DNA from: an uncultured Lachnospiraceae bacterium
GTDB taxonomy: Bacteria; Bacillota; Clostridia; Lachnospirales; Lachnospiraceae
Length of the DNA: 64,000 nucleotides
NCBI GenBank assembly: GCA_902796005.1
Contig: CADBNF010000023.1
Span: forward strand, 7,731-71,730
Direction: 5' to 3'
Positions 46,014-53,757 of the stretch are shown one piece after another. The notes beneath the pieces were generated by a model that was not told the origin of the DNA, did not search any database, and was given only the letters and a program-made list of their open reading frames with translations. A program made the position numbers and the translations under genes. Position 1 is the stretch's first letter. Every line of letters begins with the position of its first letter.

Positions 46014-47183
46014 TTAACTTGAGGAGGATGGAACAATCTTGTTCGAAACCCCCATCACGATGCCGATTTCAATCATTGTAAACAGGGCTGCCGTGCCTCC
46101 GTTGCTGATAAGAGGCAGGGATACGCCGGTGGTGGGAATCACGTTCAGCACCACGCAGATGTTCAGGATAACCTGCAGGGCGATGTGAATGAATACGCCC
46201 GTACTGACAAGGGTCCCGGAAAGATCCGGCGCCCTTAAGGCTATCCGGTACAGCCGGTACAGCAGGTAACCGAACAGCAGCAGCACGATAATCGCGCCGA
46301 AAAGCCCGAGCTCCTCGCAGATAATACTGAAAATCATATCGTTCTGGGCCTCGGGAATAATGCCCAGCTTCTGGGTGCTGTTTCCCAGTCCCCGACCGAA
46401 CAGCCCGCCGGAGCCGATGGCGTAAAGCCCCTGCAGCACCTGGAAGCCGCCGATGTCCGAGTATTTCTCCGGGTCCATCCAGACCAGGATTCGGTCAATA
46501 CGGAAGCTGTCGGAGGTGGCGGCCTGGGATAACAGCACATTCAGCAATACGATGGCTATGACCACCACTATCCCGAAGGCTATCAGAAACGGCAGGGTGC
46601 GGGGATTGGCCACGAAAATCACCACGGCGGCGATGGCCAGCATGATAACCGCCGTACTCAGGTTGTTGGTCAGCAGGTAGGCCTCCGCCGGCGGAATGAG
46701 GCTGATGACCGCCAGGACCGCAAAGCCCTTAATAGTTGCCGCTTCCCTGCCGAGCCGGTAGACCTCCCTGGTCAGGACCAGGATCAGGGCGATTTTGGCA
46801 ATCTCCGCGGGCTGAAAGGAAATCGGACCGATCTCAATCCATCGGCTTGCGCCGTAGGCCGTTGTTCCCAGGCTGGTAAACCTTGCGGCGAACATAAATC
46901 CGAGGGAAAGGACGTACAGGGGCCAGGACAGCCAGCGCAGTATCCAGTGATAGTCAAAGAAAAAGGCAACCACCAGGGCAATCACCACCGCAAAGGCCGA
47001 AAAGGCCGTCTGCCGGATGAGGAAGTACATGTCGTCCCCGAAGGTGGAGGCAGCCTTATAAAAGCTGGCGGAATAAAGCATCACCAGCCCGAAGCAGATC
47101 AGAATAATGACTACAGCCAGAAGGTTGTAATCAAAATACCGTCCTGCAATCCTTTTTCTTTTTGCCCGCACGTTTTTCGGCAT
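46014..47183 (-). CDS. FtsW/RodA/SpoVE family (SEDS) peptidoglycan glycosyltransferase
   Basis: 389 aa, about 10 TM segments. SEDS motifs (QPAEIAKIALIL..., ...PEAQNDMIFS..., ...LPLISNGGTA). Confidence 0.88.
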   Translation of the reverse strand: MPKNVRAKRKRIAGRYFDYNLLAVVIILICFGLVMLYSASFYKAASTFGDDMYFLIRQTAFSAFAVVIALVVAFFFDYHWILRWLSWPLYVLSLGFMFAARFTSLGTTAYGASRWIEIGPISFQPAEIAKIALILVLTREVYRLGREAATIKGFAVLAVISLIPPAEAYLLTNNLSTAVIMLAIAAVVIFVANPRTLPFLIAFGIVVVIAIVLLNVLLSQAATSDSFRIDRILVWMDPEKYSDIGGFQVLQGLYAIGSGGLFGRGLGNSTQKLGIIPEAQNDMIFSIICEELGLFGAIIVLLLFGYLLYRLYRIALRAPDLSGTLVSTGVFIHIALQVILNICVVLNVIPTTGVSLPLISNGGTAALFTMIEIGIVMGVSNKIVPSSSS

Positions 47184-47202
47184 GCCGCTTCTCCTGTTTA
47201 TG

Positions 47203-47239
47203 AAAAGAAGGCTCTCCTAAAAGAGCCTTCCGGAAAAAA
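47203..47239 (-). terminator. Rho-independent terminator after rpsR
   Basis: GAAGGCTCT / AGAGCCTTC stem (47207..47215 / 47222..47230), followed on the minus strand by TTTTCAT. Confidence 0.7.
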
Positions 47240-47494
47240 TCAATCCTCTACATAGGGCATAAGCGCCAGATGTCTTGCACGTTTTACAGCCAGGGTAACG
47301 GCTCTCTGATGCTTCGCGCAGTTGCCGGTCACTCTTCTGGGAAGAATTTTGCCCCGCTCGGAAACGAAATGTCTGAGCTTGGCAGTATCCTTATAATTTA
47401 CACAATTGTCTTTGCCGCAGAAAATGCAGACTTTTCTTCTTCTGCGGGGAACTCTCTTTCTGGGAGAATATGTTCTTTCCTGTCCTTCAGCCAT
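47240..47494 (-). CDS. rpsR: 30S ribosomal protein S18
   Basis: 84 aa. [11 protein letters not shown]...YKD...[18 protein letters not shown]...HQR is a classic S18 sequence. Confidence 0.95.
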   Translation of the reverse strand: MAEGQERTYSPRKRVPRRRRKVCIFCGKDNCVNYKDTAKLRHFVSERGKILPRRVTGNCAKHQRAVTLAVKRARHLALMPYVED

Positions 47495-47511
47495 GGCTTA
47501 TTCCTCCTTCA

Positions 47512-47925
47512 TTATTCTGCAGGTGTTTCCTGCTCGGTCTCAGCTGCTTCTTCGGAAACGGCTTCGGGAGCGGGTTCTTCTGCTGCGGGTGCTTCCGCCG
47601 GAGCTTCCTCCGCGGGTGCTTCCTCGGTTACTTCCACTTCTTCATCGGAGCGCACGATAAGATATCTTAAGGTGCCGTCCAGGATACGCATCTCTTTTTC
47701 AAGAGCGGGAGCGCAGGCGGGTTCCGCTTCGAAATGGATGAAGTAGTAATAGCCTTCGGGCTGCTTCTGAATCTCGTAGGCAAGCTTCTTCTTGCCCCAG
47801 TTTTCAATCGCGCCGATCACGCCTTCATAACGGGTGATGTAGCCTTTTGCCTTTTCGACAACGGCAGCTCTTGCCTCGTCATCCAGCTTTGCACTGACTA
47901 CCAGTGCGAGTTCATACTTGTTCAT
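47512..47925 (-). CDS. rpsF: 30S ribosomal protein S6 with a ~40-aa acidic Pro/Ala/Glu C-terminal tail
   Basis: 137 aa. MNKYELALVV...WGKKKLAYEI...GYYYFIHFEA core, then EEVEVTEEAPAEEAPAEAPAAEEPAPEAVSEEAAETEQETPAE. Confidence 0.93.
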   Translation of the reverse strand: MNKYELALVVSAKLDDEARAAVVEKAKGYITRYEGVIGAIENWGKKKLAYEIQKQPEGYYYFIHFEAEPACAPALEKEMRILDGTLRYLIVRSDEEVEVTEEAPAEEAPAEAPAAEEPAPEAVSEEAAETEQETPAE

Positions 47926-47992
47926 GTTTTACCTCCTTATGGCCTTTAAGGCTTTCCCTTTCGGAAAGCAAGGATGTGGACTCTATCCACGA
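47926..47992 (-). promoter_or_regulatory. Structured 5' leader of rpsF (two hairpins)
   Basis: Minus-strand hairpins GTGGA-tagag-TCCAC (47976..47990) and GCTTTCC-gaaag-GGAAAGC (47951..47969) lie upstream of the AAGGAGG SD. Confidence 0.35.
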
Positions 47993-47998
47993 AGTCGT

Positions 47999-48027
47999 AT
48001 TTTAACACAGAGTTTTTCCGATGTAAA
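47999..48027 (-). promoter_or_regulatory. Putative SigA promoter of rpsF-rpsR
   Basis: Minus strand: TTTACA (48022..48027), 17-nt spacer, TGtTAAAAT extended -10 (-10 at 47999..48004). Confidence 0.6.
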
Positions 48028-48154
48028 GAGTTAATTTTCGGACATTTCTTTTCTTTTGACCATGTTCTTCCCGGGTTTTTACGGCGTATACTGAAATTCC
48101 GGCGGGCATACCGCCCTGTCTGATACGGAAGAATCACAATCGGGAGAAATAAAT

Positions 48155-49177
48155 ATGAAAAGAGATATTACCAGAGCCATCGTGGACGCCACGCTGGAAC
48201 GTTCCTTACGGGAAATCGACGAGGATCCCCGCCGGAGCATCCGCAAGCTGGCGGATATGGGCCGCTTCTATTCCAAGGGAAGGCTCATCCAGTCCCTGTA
48301 CGAGCTTATGCAGGACCTGCTCCGCAACGAGGACAGCCCATACTACTCCGCCATCGACCACCTGCTGCATCACACCTCCCGGAAGGCTTTGAAAACCTTC
48401 GGGATCAACATCGGCCTTACCTCCCTGACCAGAGGGGCAAAGAAAATCCGGGAAAACGAGCAGATTTACGGTTATTCCATTCCCTGGGTACTGCTGGCCT
48501 CCCTGTCCGGCAGTGATAAGGGCTTTACCCCTGCCGCGCTTCATGAGGTTGTCCGGCAGGGCACCGAACTGGGCATCTGCACCTATATTGTCTCCCTTAC
48601 CGGGGATACGACGGGGCTTGAGGATATCCTGGATACCTTCCGCAGCTTCGGGGACTGCGCCTTTATCCTGCGGCTGCCGGATACGGAGCTGAATGCTTCG
48701 GAGGTCTCCCTCATCGTGGATACCTTCAACTGCCTGACCTCCTTTTCCTGCAGCGGCGACTGGACGGGAACCAACCTGGCCCGGTTAAGGAAGGCCAAGG
48801 CGTGGTGCTCGGTCTATGACTCCTACGACAACGACAGCAGCCGCTTTGTCACCGGGGAGAGCCGCATGCACGACCTGGTGGCCCAGGAGACGCCCTTCGC
48901 TTTCCTGGTGGCCAGACGGGATACCACCCCGGAGAACAGGGAAAGGGCCGCGAAGCTGGTTCGGGAAAACCGCATCAGCCCCACCGCCCCTCTCATTCTT
49001 TTCGATGTCTACGGCGACTGCCTGAAAATCGACGGCATTGTTTCCGACGATACGCCGGTATGGATGGAATTCCGTGAAGACGGCAGCGTATTCACAAACC
49101 GCGGCGCCGCAGCGGAAAAGCCGGATTATACCGCATTTTCCCTGCAGGACCTTTTAAAGGCCTGCTTCGGCCGTTAA
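48155..49177 (+). CDS. Hypothetical protein (340 aa), family not recognised
   Basis: Clean ORF preceded by GGGAGAAATAAAT. Soluble alpha/beta-looking sequence with no motif I can assign. One of only six plus-strand genes. Confidence 0.7.
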   Translation: MKRDITRAIVDATLERSLREIDEDPRRSIRKLADMGRFYSKGRLIQSLYELMQDLLRNEDSPYYSAIDHLLHHTSRKALKTFGINIGLTSLTRGAKKIRENEQIYGYSIPWVLLASLSGSDKGFTPAALHEVVRQGTELGICTYIVSLTGDTTGLEDILDTFRSFGDCAFILRLPDTELNASEVSLIVDTFNCLTSFSCSGDWTGTNLARLRKAKAWCSVYDSYDNDSSRFVTGESRMHDLVAQETPFAFLVARRDTTPENRERAAKLVRENRISPTAPLILFDVYGDCLKIDGIVSDDTPVWMEFREDGSVFTNRGAAAEKPDYTAFSLQDLLKACFGR

Positions 49178-49179
49178 GT

Positions 49180-49713
49180 TTAAGCGTCGGCGCTTTCCGC
49201 GATCACCTTGACCATCCGCCGGATGTGGAGCATCAGCTCCTTGGGCGTAATCCGGCAGCCCATTTCCAGCCACCGGATGATGGCGGAAAGGAAGGCGTCG
49301 CAGAACATGTTGACGATGATGTCCCGGTCCAGCTCGTCCTCGGACACATCCTCAAAGAAATAAAAGACTATGGGGGTCATGGATTCCAGGAAATATTCCC
49401 TGAAGGAATTCTGGCCCTCTGTTTTCAGGGCGTTTTTGTAAAACTCCTGGTCCTTGTAGAACAATTCCGCCACAGATTCCATCAGCTGCCAGCCGTCCTC
49501 GTAGGACTGCAGGGAGACCATTTCGATAAAATCCGTGTAGAACATCCAGTTCATCAGGTCGTATTTATCCTTGAAATGATAATAGAAGCTTTTTCTGTTC
49601 ATGCCGCAGCCTTCACAGATGTCGCCGACACTGATTTTCGCGAAGGATTTCCGGGCCATCAGCTTTTTCATGGACCTGGCCAGGGCATTTTTTGTAATAC
49701 TGGTATCCGGCAT
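49180..49713 (-). CDS. TetR/AcrR family regulator (DhaS / dihydroxyacetone-kinase-regulator-like subfamily)
   Basis: 177 aa. HTH region FAKISVGDICEGCGMNRKSFYYHFKDKYDLMNWMFY, typical of that subfamily. Confidence 0.8.
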   Translation of the reverse strand: MPDTSITKNALARSMKKLMARKSFAKISVGDICEGCGMNRKSFYYHFKDKYDLMNWMFYTDFIEMVSLQSYEDGWQLMESVAELFYKDQEFYKNALKTEGQNSFREYFLESMTPIVFYFFEDVSEDELDRDIIVNMFCDAFLSAIIRWLEMGCRITPKELMLHIRRMVKVIAESADA

Positions 49714-49727
49714 ATCTCTCCTCCTGT

Positions 49728-51185
49728 CTATTCCACCGGCAGGGTGAAGGAAAAGCTCACGCCTCCTTCCACATTGGCCGCCCAGCAGGACTGCCCGTGG
49801 GCATCCATGATGGCCTTTACAATGGAAAGGCCCAGACCGCTGCCGCCGTATTTACGTGTGCGCGCCTTATCTACTTTATAAAACTTATTCCAGATCATGT
49901 CCAGCGAATCTTCCGGAATATGGTCACCCGTGTTGAAAATCGTGGTCACCATCTGGCTTCCCGCCGGACGGGCGGTGATCCGTATCTGTTTTTCCCCGCT
50001 GCAGTGGTTCACCGCATTGGAGAGATAATTGGTCACCACTTCCTCGATTTTGAACTGGTCCCCCCACACGGGAACCACCTTGTCGGTATCCACCGTTACG
50101 GTGATGCCCTTCTGCTCCATTTGCAGGCGGTGGGCGTCCACCACGCCGCGGATGACCTCGGCAAGATCAAACCGCTGGATATCCAGCCGGTCCTCGCCGG
50201 ACTCAAGATGGTTCAGGGACAGGAGCTCCATGACCAGCTTGTTCATCTTGCCCGCTTCGTCCATGATGACGTCGCAGTAGTAATTCCGGCTTTCCTCGTC
50301 CAGCTGCATCTCCTTCAGTCCCTCCGCATAGCCTGCGATGAGGGCGATGGGGGTTTTCAGCTCGTGGGAAACGCTGGAAAGGAATTCCCGGCGCATCTCG
50401 TCTATCTGGTTCTTCTCCTCGATATCCTTTTCCAGCTGTGCATTGGCGGTTTTCAGCTGGGAAATGGTGGTTTCCAGCCTGCCGGACATCTTGTTGAAGT
50501 TTTCACCGAGCACACCGATTTCGTCACTGCCCCCGCTGGTATAGCTGGCCCCGAAATCCAGGTTGGCCATTCTCACGGAGAGATTGGACAGCTCGGTGAT
50601 GGGCGCCATGATACGGCCGGTAATCAGCAGGATGATGACCACGGAGGCCGCGATGACGATCGCCCCGACGATGACGTAAAAGACCAGGGACAGCCTGGCA
50701 GCCTCATGAATGCTCTGGATGGGGGTGCGCATCAGGAAATAATAGTTGTTTTCCAGCCTGCCGAAGATCTCCAGGTAATCCACATCCGCCCCGGGATCCC
50801 GGTATTTGAGGAGCTGGTAGTCATCCGACTCCTCAAGGATACTGGAATTGTCCTTCTCCATGCCGAGCATGCTGCCGAACAGCCGCACCGTCAGCAGCCG
50901 GTCGTCCCGGACGTTGGTGAGCACCAGGTTCAGCCCGGAATCCGCCACCAGGTAGGACAGGCTGTTCATGGCGCAGTACCGGGAAAATTCCTCCGTATCA
51001 TCGGTGTCCTCTTCCCCGTCAACCGCATCCTCTATCATGTCCACGGCGTCCACAAGCTGCTTCTTCTTTCCCCTCAGATAAAAGTCCTCCAGGAAAAACA
51101 GATGCACCACGCCGATGGCCACCATGGAAATGATGGTCAGCAGAAGAAAGCTTACGGCAATTCTTTTTTTCAGTGATTTCTTCAT
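49728..51185 (-). CDS. Sensor histidine kinase (2 TM segments, HAMP, HisKA, HATPase_c)
   Basis: 485 aa. H-box FLSSVSHELKTP, N-box VTNYLSNAVNH, G-boxes DHIPEDS...GGSGLGLSIV. Confidence 0.9.
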   Translation of the reverse strand: MKKSLKKRIAVSFLLLTIISMVAIGVVHLFFLEDFYLRGKKKQLVDAVDMIEDAVDGEEDTDDTEEFSRYCAMNSLSYLVADSGLNLVLTNVRDDRLLTVRLFGSMLGMEKDNSSILEESDDYQLLKYRDPGADVDYLEIFGRLENNYYFLMRTPIQSIHEAARLSLVFYVIVGAIVIAASVVIILLITGRIMAPITELSNLSVRMANLDFGASYTSGGSDEIGVLGENFNKMSGRLETTISQLKTANAQLEKDIEEKNQIDEMRREFLSSVSHELKTPIALIAGYAEGLKEMQLDEESRNYYCDVIMDEAGKMNKLVMELLSLNHLESGEDRLDIQRFDLAEVIRGVVDAHRLQMEQKGITVTVDTDKVVPVWGDQFKIEEVVTNYLSNAVNHCSGEKQIRITARPAGSQMVTTIFNTGDHIPEDSLDMIWNKFYKVDKARTRKYGGSGLGLSIVKAIMDAHGQSCWAANVEGGVSFSFTLPVE

Positions 51186-51208
51186 GATATTCTGTCTGCG
51201 CTTCTGCC

Positions 51209-51880
51209 TCAGCCTTCAAACTTGTAGCCCATCCCCCAGATGGTTTTGATGAGCTCTCCCTTGTCTCCCAGCTTGCTGCGAAGCTTCTTTACATGGGTAT
51301 CGATGGTCCGGGCGTCCCCGAAATAATCGTAATTCCACACATTGTTCAGGATATTCTCCCGGGAAAGGGCGATCCCCTTGTTGTCCATGAAATAGCTCAG
51401 CAGCTCAAATTCCTTGTAGCTGAGCTCCACCGGACGGCCGTCCACCGTTACGGTGCGGGCGGACCGGTCCATGGAAATGCCGCCGGCCGTAAGGAGTTCG
51501 TTTTCCTCCGGATTCGTCCTTCTGAGGATGGCTTCCACCCTGGCTACCAGCACCTTGGGGCTGAAGGGCTTGGAGATGTATTCGTCCACGCCCAGGTCAA
51601 AGCCCATCAGCTCGTCCCGCTCGGTATCCTTGGCCGTCAGCATGATGATGGGAACCTTGGAGCTGGCGCGGATCTCCTTCGCCGTCTGCCAGCCGTCCAT
51701 CTTCGGCATCATCACGTCCAGGATAACCAGGATGATATCCCTGTCGCTGTAGAAAATATCCATGGCTTCTTCTCCGTCTCCGGCTTCCACCACCGTGTAG
51801 CCGTGCATGGACAGGAAATCCTTTACCAGCTTTCTCATTCTTGCCTCGTCGTCCACCACCAGGATTTTCTTCTCCGCCAT
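51209..51880 (-). CDS. OmpR-family response regulator
   Basis: ORF 51209..51913. The ATG at 51880 (MAEKKILVVDDEA) follows AGGAGGATAAA. Receiver-domain Asp in LVILDVMMP, and a winged-helix C-terminus (…IWGMGYKF). Confidence 0.9.
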   Translation of the reverse strand: MAEKKILVVDDEARMRKLVKDFLSMHGYTVVEAGDGEEAMDIFYSDRDIILVILDVMMPKMDGWQTAKEIRASSKVPIIMLTAKDTERDELMGFDLGVDEYISKPFSPKVLVARVEAILRRTNPEENELLTAGGISMDRSARTVTVDGRPVELSYKEFELLSYFMDNKGIALSRENILNNVWNYDYFGDARTIDTHVKKLRSKLGDKGELIKTIWGMGYKFEG

Positions 51881-51900
51881 TTTATCCTCCTTGTCTGAAT

Positions 51901-51930
51901 GAAAAAGGACCATCCCTGAAGGGATGATCC
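51901..51930 (-). terminator. Terminator-like hairpin after tRNA-Ala
   Basis: Minus-strand GGATCATCCC-ttca-GGGATGGTCC (one mismatch), followed by TTTTT. It lies 20 nt upstream of the response-regulator ATG. Confidence 0.6.
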
Positions 51931-51946
51931 TTTTCTGTGTGAATGC

Positions 51947-52019
51947 TGGACCTGAAGGGATTCGAACCCTCGACCTCTCGGATGCGAACCGAACGCTCTC
52001 CCAACTGAGCTACAAGCCC
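51947..52019 (-). tRNA. tRNA-Ala (anticodon CGC)
   Basis: Cloverleaf read by eye: acceptor GGGCTTG/CAGGTCC with the G3:U70 alanine identity pair, D arm GCTC/GAGC, anticodon loop TTCGCAT, T arm GAGGG-TTCGAAT-CCCTT, discriminator A, no encoded CCA. 73 nt. Confidence 0.9.
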
Positions 52020-52035
52020 TTATCAGTACCGGACT

Positions 52036-52064
52036 ATATTACCCGAAACCGGGAAATATTTCAA
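52036..52064 (-). promoter_or_regulatory. Promoter of tRNA-Ala
   Basis: Minus strand: TTGAAA (52059..52064), 17-nt spacer, TAATAT (52036..52041). The tRNA 5' end lies 16 nt downstream. Confidence 0.6.
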
Positions 52065-52099
52065 GTCCCAAACTGAAAATTCACACAATTTTTTAAATT

Positions 52100-53740
52100 T
52101 TACGGCGCGGTGATCATATTGGTCACCAGGTTGAAGTCCTTGTCAAAGCCGATGTAGATAAGGTTTTTGTCCGCATCCGCCGGAATGGTATAGCTGCCGC
52201 TTTCCGTAGCCACAAGGATGCGGCCGCCGCCCTCAATGTCGGTGGGGTTCATACTGGTGTACAGCATGGTGCCGCGCATCATGTCGTCATAGCCGTGGAG
52301 ATTGGCCAGGTCCATGGAAAGGGTTTCCAGATGGAAATCCAGGGTCATCTTGGACATCCAGGCTTCCTCGTAGCTGTCAAAGCCGGAAAGCAGGGTGTCG
52401 GAGAAGGCATAGGCCTCGTCCAGGCTGTTCCGGGTTTCCTCGGGCACTGCATTGTACAGGGCCTGGGCCTCCGTCACGTCGCGGCGGAAGGAATTTCTCC
52501 AGTAGTCATGCACATACCAGAACACGTCCTCGCCTGCCAGGTCCTTCATGTACTGGGAGAACAGGTAGACCGCGCCGTAGGCGCCGATGTATTCGTCTCC
52601 CTCGGTACTGAAATTGTACAGGGACTGGCCGTTCCTGAAGTTGTCGGAGAAATACATCAGCTGGTTGTAATGGCCTTCATCCTTGATGCCCGGGTAGGAA
52701 AGCTCCTCGGCATAGGCTGCCATGGCCTCATCCAGCCAGGTCTTCACGAAGGGTGTCTCGGAATAATAGAAGGCTTCGGAGGCACAGATCATATGCTGGT
52801 ATTCGTGGGCCAGGGTGGATTTCGCAAAATCGGGCAGATTCCGGATGGCCTTGCCGTTGATGTTGATGATGGCCCTGTCCGTATTCAGGCCGTAGTTGCG
52901 CACGTCGGAGGATGAGCATTCATAGGAGGAGAAAATATCCAGGATGCTGAAGAAGCCGCCGATGTTCTTGTCGCTTAAGTCGTAGCAAAGGATATTGACC
53001 TTATCCCCGTTGTCCACATACCGGCCGACGCCGAAATTATCCGTATCCTTCTGGAAAATCAGGTCATCAAACTCCGTTCCCAGCATCTCTGCCTGGGCGC
53101 TGCTGATCTGGCCGTCCAGTACCCATACATAGCAGCTGCTGCCGGCATACAGGCAGTCGAAGTAATCCTGCACCCTGGCGGTCATGGAGGGATTGTAATG
53201 GTAGAAGACCTCGCTGTCCCCCTCCATGTAAATCTGGGGCAGGCCGCCCGCCCGGTTGGCTTCGCGGTTCACCTGCAGGTCTTCCAGGCCCGACCTTAAA
53301 TCAGCCTGGGAAATCATGGTGGGCAGCTCCATATCGTCAAGGCCGCCCGCCCGGTTCATGCCGGTCACAATCTGGGAACCCAGGCTGCCGGTGGAAAGCT
53401 CCTTGGAGGAAACCCTGCCGTAGGCATCGGATTCATTGTAAATATAGGGGTTGTAGATCATTACGAAGGAAACATTGTCCAGCACCGGCGAGGAGGCTGT
53501 CTTTAAAGGACCGCCGGTATAGGCTACCTCTCCCGAGGGCACGCCCTCATCCTTTGCGCTGGTGATAATGCTTCCGCCGGCGGCTTCTTCATTGCCGCCG
53601 ATAGTGGCGCCGCCGCTTTCCCGGGCATTCGCCGAATTCGAGTTCACTGCGGACGAAGGCTTTTTTCCCTGGCAGCCCGCCAGCATGCCCACCGCAAGAA
53701 CCACCGCGGCAGCAAGGGCCGCGATTTTCACTTTTTTCAT
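52100..53740 (-). CDS. Lipoprotein, putative zinc metallopeptidase (HExxH...E, HEYQH type)
   Basis: 546 aa. Signal peptide plus lipobox (AVGMLAGC, Cys23). Low-complexity linker, then TLAHEYQHMICAS (nt 52793..52807) with LDEAMAAYAEE about 22 residues later. A GGAGG SD lies in the 17-nt gap to the upstream gene. Confidence 0.7.
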   Translation of the reverse strand: MKKVKIAALAAAVVLAVGMLAGCQGKKPSSAVNSNSANARESGGATIGGNEEAAGGSIITSAKDEGVPSGEVAYTGGPLKTASSPVLDNVSFVMIYNPYIYNESDAYGRVSSKELSTGSLGSQIVTGMNRAGGLDDMELPTMISQADLRSGLEDLQVNREANRAGGLPQIYMEGDSEVFYHYNPSMTARVQDYFDCLYAGSSCYVWVLDGQISSAQAEMLGTEFDDLIFQKDTDNFGVGRYVDNGDKVNILCYDLSDKNIGGFFSILDIFSSYECSSSDVRNYGLNTDRAIININGKAIRNLPDFAKSTLAHEYQHMICASEAFYYSETPFVKTWLDEAMAAYAEELSYPGIKDEGHYNQLMYFSDNFRNGQSLYNFSTEGDEYIGAYGAVYLFSQYMKDLAGEDVFWYVHDYWRNSFRRDVTEAQALYNAVPEETRNSLDEAYAFSDTLLSGFDSYEEAWMSKMTLDFHLETLSMDLANLHGYDDMMRGTMLYTSMNPTDIEGGGRILVATESGSYTIPADADKNLIYIGFDKDFNLVTNMITAP

Positions 53741-53757
53741 TTCATACCTCCGGTATT

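Noticed and set aside
47946-48137. 63-aa very basic minus-strand ORF in the rpsF upstream region.
   Set aside because: It overlaps the predicted rpsF promoter and leader, has no SD, and its composition looks like translated AT-rich intergenic DNA.
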